Positions 1 to 9,111 of a DNA stretch of 45,683 bases are shown in pieces. Below the pieces are notes generated by a model. The model searched no databases and was not told the origin of the DNA. It saw only the letters and a list, made by a program, of their open reading frames with translations. Position 1 is the stretch's first letter, and each line of letters begins with the position of its first letter. The translations under genes were made by a program, and so were the position numbers. This DNA comes from Gemmatimonadales bacterium (GTDB lineage Bacteria; Gemmatimonadota; Gemmatimonadetes; Gemmatimonadales; GWC2-71-9): the NCBI GenBank assembly GCA_041613315.1, contig JBFJHJ010000027.1, positions 1-45,683 of the forward strand. The letters run 5' to 3'.

Positions 1-70
1 GCACCCCGTGTTGCGCGGCGCGGTGATCGCTGGCAACATTCGGCCACCCACGTGACGTGGAAGTGAAGCG

Positions 71-2128
71 ATGATGAAGACCCGGGTCTCGGCGGCCGTG
101 TTCGCGCTCGCCGCCGCGCTGTCCGCGCCCGCGATGGCGCAGACGGGAGACCGGCCGCTGCGCATCGAACAGCTGCTCACGCTGGATCGGGTCGCGGATC
201 CCCAGATCTCGCCCGACGGGCGCTGGGTCGCCCATAGCCTCACGGCGACCGATCTGGAGGCGGACGATCGGCGGACGGACGTCTGGCTCGTGCCGGCCGG
301 GAGCGGCCGGCCGCGCCGCGTGAGCGATGATTCCCTGGGCGGTCGCGGCGCGCGATGGTCGCCGGACGGATCGACGCTGGCCTTTGTCACGACGCGCGGC
401 GGCACGCCGCAGGTGCACCTGTACGGTGTGGCGACCCGACGCACCCGCCGGCTGACCGACCTGGCCACGGGGGTGGACGGCGTCGTGTGGTCCCCGACGG
501 GGACGCATCTCGCGTTCGTGTCCCGGGTCTACCCGCCCTGCCCCGACGACGCCTGTAATGCCCGCCGGCTCCGCGAGGACGAGCGCCGCCCGTCGAGCGC
601 CCGGCGGGCGGACGAGCTGCTTTACCGGCACTGGTCCAGCTGGGACGACGGCCGGCGCAGCCATCTCTTCGTAGTGCCGGTGAGCGGCGGAGCGCCGGTG
701 GATCTCACCGCGGGCAAGGACTTCGACGTGCCGCTGCCGCCGTTCGGGTCGTCGACGGACTACGCGTTCCGCGCGGATGGGGCGGGACTGGTGTTCACCA
801 CGAAGCTCGGCACGGATCGGGCGTGGTCCACGAACAGCGACCTCTATGCTGTGGGGCTCGCCGGGGGGGACCTTCGTAACCTCACCCCTCGGTTCCCCGG
901 CGCGGAGCACGCGCCGGCGCCCTCGCCCGACGGCACGCTGCTGGCATTTCTCTCGCAGGAGCGCGCGGGCTTCGAGTCGGATCGGCAGCGCCTCATGGTG
1001 CTCGAGCTCGCGACGGGCGACGCCAGGGACGTGACCCGCGGGATCGATGTGAGCGTGGCCGAGTTCCGTTGGCTCCCGACCTCCCGGGAGCTGGTATTCG
1101 TCGCGCAGCGAGGGCAACGCCACCGGGTCTTCCGCGCAGACGTGGCGGGGACCGTGCGGGAGGTGTTGGCGTGGGGTAACAGTACCCAAATCTCGGTCGC
1201 CGCCGACGGCAACACGGTGGCCCTCGTCAATGATGCGGTGCACCGGCCGGGCCAGGTGCACGTTTGGACCCTGACGGGCGGGGGCGAGCCGCGCGCGATC
1301 ACCGACTACAATGCGAGCGTCCGCCGTGAGGTACGGATGCACCCCGCCGAGGAGATCCGGTGGGTGGGGGCCGACGGCGCCAGCGTCTACGGTCTCTTGG
1401 TCCGGCCGCCCCAGTTTGTGCGGGGGCAGCGCTACCCCTTGCTCGTGCTGGTTCACGGGGGGCCGCAGGGCGCTTGGCTCGATCAATTCCACTCCCGCTG
1501 GAACGCGCAGATGTTCGCTGCCGCCGGGTATGTGACCGTGCTGCTCAACCCCCGGGGCTCGACCGGCTTCGGCCAGCGGTTCGTCGACCAGATCTCCGGC
1601 GATTGGGGTGGTCGGGCGTTGATCGATATCGTGGCGGGCGTGGAGCACGCGGCGCGGTTCCCCTTCGTCGATTCGACTCGCATCGCTGCCGCGGGGGGGT
1701 CGTTCGGCGGGTACATGGTCAACTGGCTGAACGCGCACTCGACGCGGTTCGACGCGTTCATCAGTCATGCCGGCATCTATGATCTGGAGGCGTTCTACGG
1801 CGCGACCGAGGAGCTCTGGTTCCCGGAGTGGGAGTTCGGCGGGCCGCCGTGGGCCAACCGCTCGGCCTATGAGACCTGGTCGCCGCACCGGGTCGCGCAG
1901 AACTTTCGCACGCCCACGCTCGTCATCCATGGGGCGCGCGACTACCGCGTGCCCGACACGCAAGGGCTGCAGATGTTCACGGCGCTCCGGCGGCAGGGCG
2001 TGCCGGCCCGCCTGCTCTACTTTCCCGACGAGGGACACTGGATCAACCGCCCGCAGAACCAGCGGACGTGGTGGTACGAGATCCACGCATGGCTGGCGCG
2101 CTACCTGACCCCGAGCGCCGGCGGCTGA
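71..2128 (+). CDS. Secreted S9 family peptidase (prolyl oligopeptidase / dipeptidyl-peptidase 5-like)
   Basis: Signal peptide ending APAMA|Q; WD40/PD40-like SPDG repeats; HGGPQ; NPRGSTGFG; nucleophile elbow GGSFGG; catalytic Asp in RDYRV and His in DEGHW. Confidence 0.93.
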   Translation: MMKTRVSAAVFALAAALSAPAMAQTGDRPLRIEQLLTLDRVADPQISPDGRWVAHSLTATDLEADDRRTDVWLVPAGSGRPRRVSDDSLGGRGARWSPDGSTLAFVTTRGGTPQVHLYGVATRRTRRLTDLATGVDGVVWSPTGTHLAFVSRVYPPCPDDACNARRLREDERRPSSARRADELLYRHWSSWDDGRRSHLFVVPVSGGAPVDLTAGKDFDVPLPPFGSSTDYAFRADGAGLVFTTKLGTDRAWSTNSDLYAVGLAGGDLRNLTPRFPGAEHAPAPSPDGTLLAFLSQERAGFESDRQRLMVLELATGDARDVTRGIDVSVAEFRWLPTSRELVFVAQRGQRHRVFRADVAGTVREVLAWGNSTQISVAADGNTVALVNDAVHRPGQVHVWTLTGGGEPRAITDYNASVRREVRMHPAEEIRWVGADGASVYGLLVRPPQFVRGQRYPLLVLVHGGPQGAWLDQFHSRWNAQMFAAAGYVTVLLNPRGSTGFGQRFVDQISGDWGGRALIDIVAGVEHAARFPFVDSTRIAAAGGSFGGYMVNWLNAHSTRFDAFISHAGIYDLEAFYGATEELWFPEWEFGGPPWANRSAYETWSPHRVAQNFRTPTLVIHGARDYRVPDTQGLQMFTALRRQGVPARLLYFPDEGHWINRPQNQRTWWYEIHAWLARYLTPSAGG

Positions 2129-2163
2129 GCTGCCGGCACTCCCGGCGTTCCGGCGTATTCATC

Positions 2164-2169
2164 TATATT
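2164..2169 (+). promoter_or_regulatory. Candidate -10 element (TATATT) for the PRTase-like / PIG-L genes
   Basis: AT-rich TANNNT hexamer in a very GC-rich background, 10 nt upstream of ATG 2180. Confidence 0.35.
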
Positions 2170-2179
2170 CGCTGAGGCC

Positions 2180-2833
2180 ATGAGCGCAGCGTCCGCGGTC
2201 CAGCCGTTGTATCCGACACGTTCGGCTGCCGGCGCCGAGTTGGGCAGGCAGCTGTACCAGCGGGTCACGCCGCCCGTGCTGGTCCTCGGGGTCACGCCGG
2301 GCGGCGTCGAAGTCGCGGCCCACGCGGCCAGGGCGCTCGCCTGCCCGTTCGACGTCATCGTGGCAGCCCCGATCCGGGTCCCCGAGGCCGGAGTCGTGGG
2401 CGCCGTGGCGGAGGACGCCGATGCGGTCATGGACCCGGGGTTCGAGCCGCGCTTCAGCATGATCGAGGCGTTGGAGGCGGCGATCAACTCGGCCCGCCAG
2501 ACGGTGAAGACCGAGCGGCTGCTCTTCCGAGGGCAGCGCCCGCTGCGTTCCGTGGAGGGTGTGCATGTCGTTGTCGTCGAAGGTTTCATCACGGACCCCT
2601 GGGCCGCGCTGGCGGCGGCCGAGGCCGTGGCGCGCCTCGAGCCGGCGCGCGTCGCCATCGCCGCCGCCGCGGCTACCGCTGCCGTGCAGGACCGCATGCG
2701 CGCGCGCCGCTACGACTTCATTTGCCCGTCGATCGTCGCAGCCGGCGACGGCCACCCCCAGCCGTTCGGCGACGCCCTGGATCCCAGCGCGGAACGGCTC
2801 CGCAGCATCGTGGCGGCGCGCGCCGCTGCGTAG
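2180..2833 (+). CDS. Phosphoribosyltransferase-fold protein (COG1926-like) with a degenerate PRPP-binding loop
   Basis: Follows the family pattern (RSAAGAELG, LVLGVTPGGVEVA..A.AL.CPFDV, LFRGQRP, VVVVEGFITD, PARVAIA), but VEGFITDP replaces the canonical DDGLATG. Confidence 0.75.
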   Translation: MSAASAVQPLYPTRSAAGAELGRQLYQRVTPPVLVLGVTPGGVEVAAHAARALACPFDVIVAAPIRVPEAGVVGAVAEDADAVMDPGFEPRFSMIEALEAAINSARQTVKTERLLFRGQRPLRSVEGVHVVVVEGFITDPWAALAAAEAVARLEPARVAIAAAAATAAVQDRMRARRYDFICPSIVAAGDGHPQPFGDALDPSAERLRSIVAARAAA

Positions 2834-5333
2834 CGTCCTGGCCCTCGTGGCGCTCGCCACCGCCGGTGGGGGCGCCGCCGCGGCCCAGCTCGAGCCGCCC
2901 TCGACTGGCGGGGCTGCGGCGCTCGACCGCGCGCTCCAACGCCTCGCGGAGCCGCGACGCGTCCTGGTGATCGGCGCCCACCCCGACGATGAGGACACCT
3001 CGCTCCTGGCACTTCTCGCCCAAGGCTACGGCGCCGACGCCGCGTACCTGTCCCTTTCGCGCGGCGAAGGCGGGCAGAACCTCATCGGCGAGGAACTGGG
3101 CGTCACGCTCGGTCTGCTCCGCTCCCAGGAGCTGGTCGCCGCCCGCCAACTGGACGGGGCCCGTCAGTTCTTCACGCGCGCGTACGACTTCGGCTACTCC
3201 CGCACGCTGGACGAGACGTCGCAGTCTTGGCCGCCGGACGAAGTGCTCGAGGATGTCGTGCGGATCGTTCGTCGGTTCCGGCCGCACGTAATCGTCGCGT
3301 CGTGGTCCGGAACACCGCGAGACCGGCACGGCCAGCACCAGATGGCCGGCGTCGTGGCCCGACGGGCCTTCGACGTCGCGGACGACCCGGCCATGTTTCC
3401 GCAGCTGGGGGCGGAGGAGGGGCTCGCGCCGTGGCGACCCACCAAGCTCTACCGCACGACGTTCTTCGACTCGGCGGCGACCACTCTGTCGCCGTTCACC
3501 GGCGACCTCGACCCGCGCACCGGCCGCTCGTACCATCAGATCGCGATGGCGAGCCGGAGCCTGCATCGCTCCCAGGATATGGGGCAGCTGCAACGGACGG
3601 GGCCGGCACGCACGCGGATGGCGCTGCTGAGCGACCGGACGGACCGTCCGGGAACGGCAGCAGACCGCGACATCTTCGAGGGAATCCCCGCCGACAGCTC
3701 GTGGCTCCTGCGGTTCGCCGATTCACTGCGCGCCACCGTGTCGGCGCCGAGGCTCGCCGACGCCGTCCCGGCGCTCGCTGCCGCGCTGCGGCGCGCCCGC
3801 ACGGAGGGTGTGGCCCCCGAGCGCCTCGAGCTCCTCGAACACGCGCTGGCCATCGCCGCCGGACTCGTCGTCGACGCGGTGGCCGCGGCCTCCACCGTGG
3901 TGCCCGGCGATACGATCGGCGTGCGCGTCGAGGCGTACAACGGCGGCCCGCTTCGGGCTCAGCTGGTGAACGTGACGGTGCGCAGCCGGGAGGGCTGGCC
4001 GGTGGCCGCCGTCGGAGCGGCGGCTTCGCCGCTGCCGCCCGAGGCGGACGCGACACGCCGGTTCCTCGTGCGCGTTCCCCCGTTTGCACGCGCCACGGCC
4101 CCGTATTTCCTCGAACGGCCGATGGTAGGAGCGCTCTACGACTGGACCGGCGCGCCACCGGCGGTCCGGGGGCTCCCCTTCGCGCCGCCGCTACTCCAGG
4201 CCGCGGTCACGCTTTCGGTGGCCGGGACGCCCGTGACGATCACCCGGGAGGTGACGTACCGCGGCAACGACCAGGCGCGCGGCGAAGTGCGGCAGCCGGT
4301 CCGCGTGGTGCCGGGACTCGAGGTTCGGCTCGAGCCCGACGAGGTCGTCTGGTCATCGGATGGGCCGGCGTCCCGGCCGTTCACGGTCACGCTCACATCG
4401 AACGTCGCGCGACGCGTGGAGGGGACCGTGACGCTGAATGGGACCGGGGGAGCTACGGCTGTGGCGCGGCGCTTCGTGCTCGAGCGGGCCGGCGAGCCGG
4501 GGGCGGTGCAGTTCGAGGTGACTCGCCCGTCCGAGCTGCGGCGCGGCGAGTTGCGGCTCGTGGCGACCGCGCGCACCACCACCGGCGAGACGTACGACAC
4601 CGGCGTGGACATCGTCGCCTACCCCCACGTCGCGTCGACACCGTACGCGCGGCGGGCGGAGAGCGTCGTGCGGATCGCGCCCATCGCCGTGCCGGCCGTC
4701 CGCGCCGTCGGCTACGTGCGCGGCGCATCGGATCGCGTGCCGGAGGCCCTCGCGCGGGTGGGGCTCCCGGTGGAGCTGCTGGACGCCGACGCGCTCGCCC
4801 GCGGCGACCTGTCCCGCTTCGACGCGATCGTGATCGGGAGCCGCGCCTACGAAACGGATCCGGCGCTGGTGCGGCACAATGCTCGCCTGCTGGCCTTCGT
4901 CCGGCAGGGCGGGCTCCTCCTGGTGCAGTATCAGCAGTACCAGTTCGTCCAAGGCGGCTTCGCCCCGTATCGCCTTACGATCGACCGGCCGCACGACCGC
5001 GTGACCGATGAGACCGCGGCGGTGACGGCCCTCGTGTCCGACCATGCGGCGCTGCGGCGGCCCAATGCCATCGGGCCGGACGATTGGACGGGATGGCCCC
5101 AGGAGCTGGGGTTGTACTTCGCCGCGACCTGGGACGGGCGCTACACGCCGCTGCTCGAACTGGCGGATCCCGGAATGCCGCCCGCACGGGGCGGCCTGCT
5201 GGTCGCGTCGTACGGCCGGGGGACGTATGTGTACACGGGGCTCAGCTTCTTTCGAGCGCTGCCCGCGGCGGTACCCGGTGCGTTCCGACTGTTTCTGAAT
5301 CTGCTCGCGTTGGGGGAGTCGGGTGGGCGGTAG
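2826..5333 (+). CDS. Secreted PIG-L/LmbE family deacetylase with NEW3-like beta domains and a C-terminal class I GATase-like domain
   Basis: AHPDDED, SRGEGGQNLIG, FFTRAYDFGYS, HGQHQ and SLHRSQDMG motifs; C-terminal GLSFFRALP.VPGA.RLF.NLL. The start is uncertain (CTG 2826 or GTG 2847). The ORF-track start at 2559 overlaps the PRTase gene. Confidence 0.88.
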   Translation: MRSVLALVALATAGGGAAAAQLEPPSTGGAAALDRALQRLAEPRRVLVIGAHPDDEDTSLLALLAQGYGADAAYLSLSRGEGGQNLIGEELGVTLGLLRSQELVAARQLDGARQFFTRAYDFGYSRTLDETSQSWPPDEVLEDVVRIVRRFRPHVIVASWSGTPRDRHGQHQMAGVVARRAFDVADDPAMFPQLGAEEGLAPWRPTKLYRTTFFDSAATTLSPFTGDLDPRTGRSYHQIAMASRSLHRSQDMGQLQRTGPARTRMALLSDRTDRPGTAADRDIFEGIPADSSWLLRFADSLRATVSAPRLADAVPALAAALRRARTEGVAPERLELLEHALAIAAGLVVDAVAAASTVVPGDTIGVRVEAYNGGPLRAQLVNVTVRSREGWPVAAVGAAASPLPPEADATRRFLVRVPPFARATAPYFLERPMVGALYDWTGAPPAVRGLPFAPPLLQAAVTLSVAGTPVTITREVTYRGNDQARGEVRQPVRVVPGLEVRLEPDEVVWSSDGPASRPFTVTLTSNVARRVEGTVTLNGTGGATAVARRFVLERAGEPGAVQFEVTRPSELRRGELRLVATARTTTGETYDTGVDIVAYPHVASTPYARRAESVVRIAPIAVPAVRAVGYVRGASDRVPEALARVGLPVELLDADALARGDLSRFDAIVIGSRAYETDPALVRHNARLLAFVRQGGLLLVQYQQYQFVQGGFAPYRLTIDRPHDRVTDETAAVTALVSDHAALRRPNAIGPDDWTGWPQELGLYFAATWDGRYTPLLELADPGMPPARGGLLVASYGRGTYVYTGLSFFRALPAAVPGAFRLFLNLLALGESGGR

Positions 5334-5411
5334 GGCGGACGGGTGGTGGTGTTCGCCTCGTGCGCGAGTTCTGGGGAGCAACGAGGCGTCCCGCTGACCG
5401 TCCATCGGCCA

Positions 5412-6446
5412 GTGCGCCTGACCGTGTGGGGGGTGGTGGCGGTGCTCGTCGCCGCCGCGGGGTGCGATGACGGCCGGACTCCGGTGGTGCTCTATTCGCC
5501 GCACGGCCGCGATCTGCTGTCCTTGATCGAGCGGACGTTCGAGGCGGCGAACCCGGACGTGGACATCCGGTGGCTCGACATGGGATCGCAGGACGCGCTC
5601 GATCGGGTTCGGTCCGAACGGGCGAACCCGCAGGCGGATGTGTGGTTTGGCGGTCCCTCCATTCTGTTCGCGCGCGCGGCGGCCGAATCCCTGCTCGCCG
5701 CGTACCGGCCCGGGTGGGCCGAGGCCATCCCCCCGCGGGCGCGCGGCCCGCACGATCTCTATGTCGCGGCGTACGAAACGCCCGCGGTGATCGCGTTCAA
5801 CGCCGCGGCGGTCGACTCCGCCGGGGCGCCCCACGACTGGGATGAGGTGCTGGCGCCACGCTGGACCGGCCAGGTGATCATTCGCGATCCGCTGGCCTCC
5901 GGGACGATGCGGACGATCTTCGGGATGATCGTCCAGCGGGGGCTGGAGGCGACCGGCGATACCGCGGCCGGTTTCGCGTGGTTCCGGCGGCTCGATGCAC
6001 AGACGAAGGAATACGTCTTCAACCCCGCCCTCCTGCACCTCAAGCTCCTGCGGCAGGAGGGACTCGTCACGCTGTGGGATCTGCCGGACATTCTGATCGA
6101 GCGGGAGAAAGGGAGCCCGTTTGGCTACACGTTGCCGCGGAGCGGCACGCCGGTCATCGAGGACGCGGTCGCGCTCGTGCGCGGGGCGCCGCACCCCGCG
6201 GCGGCCCGGCGCTTCATCGAGTGGGTGGGATCCGTCGAGGCCCAGCTGCTCGCCGCCCGCCAGGCGTTTCGTCTGCCGGCACGGTCGGACCTCCCGCGCG
6301 ACTCGCTCCCCGAGTGGGCGCGCGTGGTCTACGCCGAACTCGTGGTCGCGGACATGGACTGGGAGCTGTTGAGTGAGCGCGGCGCGGCGTGGATGGCGTA
6401 CTGGGACCGACACGTGCGGGGCCGCGGCGCGGCGGGGCGGCGCTGA
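5412..6446 (+). CDS. ABC transporter substrate-binding lipoprotein (AfuA/FbpA/ThiB-like family)
   Basis: Lipobox AAAGC after the GTG 5412 start; motifs YSPHG, RSERANPQADVWFGG, DPLASGT and GAPHPAAARRFIEWV. Confidence 0.88.
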   Translation: MRLTVWGVVAVLVAAAGCDDGRTPVVLYSPHGRDLLSLIERTFEAANPDVDIRWLDMGSQDALDRVRSERANPQADVWFGGPSILFARAAAESLLAAYRPGWAEAIPPRARGPHDLYVAAYETPAVIAFNAAAVDSAGAPHDWDEVLAPRWTGQVIIRDPLASGTMRTIFGMIVQRGLEATGDTAAGFAWFRRLDAQTKEYVFNPALLHLKLLRQEGLVTLWDLPDILIEREKGSPFGYTLPRSGTPVIEDAVALVRGAPHPAAARRFIEWVGSVEAQLLAARQAFRLPARSDLPRDSLPEWARVVYAELVVADMDWELLSERGAAWMAYWDRHVRGRGAAGRR

Positions 6447-7480
6447 TGGCGGAATCGTTCCTCCGGCTGGAGGGGCTGACCAAGCGCTTCGGTGATCGGG
6501 TAGCGGTCGACGACCTGACCGTTGCGGTCGCGCGCGGGAGCGTCTTGGCGCTGCTGGGGCCGAGCGGGAGCGGCAAGACGACGACCCTGCGCCTCCTCGC
6601 GGGGTTCGAGCGCCCGGACCGCGGCCGGATCGTCGTGGCTGGCGCCGACCTCACGGCGCGCCCGCCGGCCGAGCGGCGCTTCGGCATGGTCTTCCAGCAC
6701 TATGCCCTCTTTCCGCACCTCACCGTGGGCGAGAACGTGGCGTTCGGGGTTGGTCGCCCTGAAGGCGAGGGAGACCGCCGCCACCGGGTGGCCGAGATGC
6801 TGGAGCTGGTGGATCTCGCCGGCTTCGAGGATCGGCAGGTAAGCGAGCTCTCCGGGGGGCAGCAGCAACGGGTGGCCGTGGCGCGGGCGCTCGCCCCGCA
6901 TCCGCAGATCCTCCTCCTGGACGAGCCGCTCTCGAACCTTGATCCCGGGCTGCGGGAGCGCACGCGACGCGAGTTGCGCAGCGTGCTCCGCCGTGTGGGC
7001 ATCACGACGGTGCTCGTGACCCACGAGCAGGAGGAGGCGTTCGCACTCGGCGATCGCGTGGCGGTGCTGCAAGAGGGACGCCTCGAGCAGGTGGGCTCAC
7101 CGTTCGAGTTGTACGAGCGACCCCGCACACGGTTTGTGGCGACCTTCGTGGGCCGGGCGAGCGTCCTTTCCGGTGTGGTCGCCGGCGCGGGGCGGGTGCG
7201 CGTGGCGGGAGACGTGGAATGGCCGGCCGACACCCCGGACGGGCTGGCGTCGGGGGCGGCCGTGTCCGTCGTGGTGCGTCCCGAAGCGCTGCGTTTCGCC
7301 GACCGTGGGTTGCCGGGAACGGTCACGGAGTGCCGCTACACGGGCGCACGGGCGTATTACCTCGTGGACGTCGGTGGCCAGACGGTCGAGGTGGAAGCGG
7401 CGGCGCAGGCGGCGCCGATAGGTGGGACGGTGCACCTCACGGCGGAGCGGGCCGCCGCGTTCCCCGAGGGGGCGGCGTGA
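6446..7480 (+). CDS. ABC transporter ATP-binding protein (FbpC/PotA-like, C-terminal TOBE domain)
   Basis: Walker A GPSGSGKT, Q-loop MVFQHYALFPHL, signature LSGGQQQR, Walker B LLLDEPLSNLD, H-loop VTHEQEEA. The ATG overlaps the upstream TGA (TGATG). Confidence 0.95.
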   Translation: MAESFLRLEGLTKRFGDRVAVDDLTVAVARGSVLALLGPSGSGKTTTLRLLAGFERPDRGRIVVAGADLTARPPAERRFGMVFQHYALFPHLTVGENVAFGVGRPEGEGDRRHRVAEMLELVDLAGFEDRQVSELSGGQQQRVAVARALAPHPQILLLDEPLSNLDPGLRERTRRELRSVLRRVGITTVLVTHEQEEAFALGDRVAVLQEGRLEQVGSPFELYERPRTRFVATFVGRASVLSGVVAGAGRVRVAGDVEWPADTPDGLASGAAVSVVVRPEALRFADRGLPGTVTECRYTGARAYYLVDVGGQTVEVEAAAQAAPIGGTVHLTAERAAAFPEGAA

Positions 7481-9111
7481 GGGGGCGGTCGCGCGGCGTC
7501 ACCCTCACGCTGCTCCTGGTCTGGGTCGTCGCGTATCCGCTCGCGCTGGTGTTTCTCGAGAGCGTCCGCGGCAGCGAAGGATGGACGGCCGAATACGTCG
7601 TGGCCTTCGCACGTGACGGCGGGGAGTGGGCGGTGCTGTGGGCGAGCCTCTGGATCTCGGTGGTGAGCGTCGTGCTGGCGGCGCTCGTCGGCGTGCCCTT
7701 GGCGTTCGTCTTCGAACGGCTCGACTTCCCGGGCCGCCGGGTGCTGGGGGCGCTGATCGCGCTCCCCGCCGTCCTGCCCCCCCTCGTGGGCGTTATCGCT
7801 TTCCTTTTCCTCTATGGCGAGAGCGGGTTCGTGGCGCGTGCCGTCGCGATCCTGTTCGGCCTGGACGGACCGCCGTGGCGTCTGCGAGGGGCGGGCGCGA
7901 TCCTGCTGGTCCACGCGTACAGCATGTACGTGTATTTCTATCTCTTCACGCGGTCTGGGCTTGCGAGGCTCGACGGTTCGATGCTCGAGGCGGCGCAGTC
8001 GCTGGGCGCCGGCACCGTCGCCACGTTCCGCCGGGTGACGCTGCCGCTCCTCAGACCTCAGCTCGCCGCCGCCGGGCTCTTGACCTTCATGACCGCGCTG
8101 GGATCCTTCAGCGCGCCGTACATCTTCGGCGGCGGGTTCCGCGTCATGACGACCCAAATCGTCGCGAGCAAACTGAACGGTGACATTCCCCGCGCGCTCG
8201 TGGAAACGGCGGCGCTAGCTGCCGTGGCGCTCGTCGGACTCGCGCTGCTCAAGCGGACCGAGGGCGCGCGCTCGGTCGTCGCGGTGGGGAAGGGCACGCC
8301 TCCCGCGGCCCGCGTCCTGGCCCGGCCCCTGACCCGTTGGGGGGCTGCGGCCGTGGGGTGGCTCTTCGGCGCCGTCCTGCTCCTGCCGCACGCGACGCTG
8401 GTGGTGGTGTCGCTCGTGCCCGCCGGCACGTGGACCACGCAACTCCTGCCTCCCGCCTACACGTTGGCCAACTACGCCGATCTGGTCACGGAGCCCGAAC
8501 GGCTCCGCCCGCTGGCCAACTCGCTGTGGATGGCGGGCGTCGCCACCGTGGCGGCCGTGGGGATCTCCCTCTGGGCGGGCTGGCTCGTCGTACGGCGCCG
8601 CGCGGTGTTGAGGCGCCTCATCGAGTGGCTGCTCACGGTCCCGTGGGCCGTGCCGGGCACCGTGCTGGCGATCGCGCTGGCCACCGCGTTCAGCGTACGC
8701 GCCCCGTGGGTCGCGCGCTGGGTGTTTGTGGGGACGCTCGTCATCCTCCCGCTGGCGTACCTGGTTCGGAACATTCCGCTCGTGGCAGGGTCGGTTCTCG
8801 CGGGGTTTCGTCAGCTCGACCCCTCGCTCGACGAGGCGGCGGCGTCCCTTGGCGCTGGCAAGTGGCGGACGCTGGCCCGGGTGACCGTCCCGCTCCTGCG
8901 CCCCGCGATCCTCGCCGGGGCCGCCCTCGCGTTCGCGACGGCCTCGGGCGACTTTGTGACGTCCATCGTGCTGTACACCTTCGAGACGCGGCCCATCGCG
9001 ATCGAGATCCTGGCGTCGCTCCGCCAGTTCGATCTGGGCGCAGCCGCGGCGTACGGGGTGGTGCTGATGTTCTTCTCGGCGGGGGCAATGCTCGTGGGGA
9101 CCCGGCGGTGA
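7477..9111 (+). CDS. ABC transporter permease (FbpB/ThiP-like, two BPD_transp_1 domains)
   Basis: Two EAA loops (EAAQSLGAG and DEAAASLGAG); many TM segments; GTGA overlap with the ATPase stop. Confidence 0.92.
   Translation: MRGRSRGVTLTLLLVWVVAYPLALVFLESVRGSEGWTAEYVVAFARDGGEWAVLWASLWISVVSVVLAALVGVPLAFVFERLDFPGRRVLGALIALPAVLPPLVGVIAFLFLYGESGFVARAVAILFGLDGPPWRLRGAGAILLVHAYSMYVYFYLFTRSGLARLDGSMLEAAQSLGAGTVATFRRVTLPLLRPQLAAAGLLTFMTALGSFSAPYIFGGGFRVMTTQIVASKLNGDIPRALVETAALAAVALVGLALLKRTEGARSVVAVGKGTPPAARVLARPLTRWGAAAVGWLFGAVLLLPHATLVVVSLVPAGTWTTQLLPPAYTLANYADLVTEPERLRPLANSLWMAGVATVAAVGISLWAGWLVVRRRAVLRRLIEWLLTVPWAVPGTVLAIALATAFSVRAPWVARWVFVGTLVILPLAYLVRNIPLVAGSVLAGFRQLDPSLDEAAASLGAGKWRTLARVTVPLLRPAILAGAALAFATASGDFVTSIVLYTFETRPIAIEILASLRQFDLGAAAAYGVVLMFFSAGAMLVGTRR

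Noticed and set aside
48..60. Palindrome CCACGTGACGTGG upstream of the first peptidase
   Set aside because: A single short copy with no second instance noticed and no linked regulator; could be chance.
2559..2825. N-terminal extension of the PIG-L ORF, or a PRTase-PIG-L frameshift fusion
   Set aside because: The extension is low-complexity out-of-frame PRTase sequence. The PIG-L protein has its own signal peptide and I see no slippery sequence.
3227..6413. Long alternative-frame and antisense ORFs (3227..5011 +, 4353..6413 -)
   Set aside because: They overlap well-supported genes, are Arg/Gly/Pro-rich with no motifs, and are expected shadow ORFs at this GC content.
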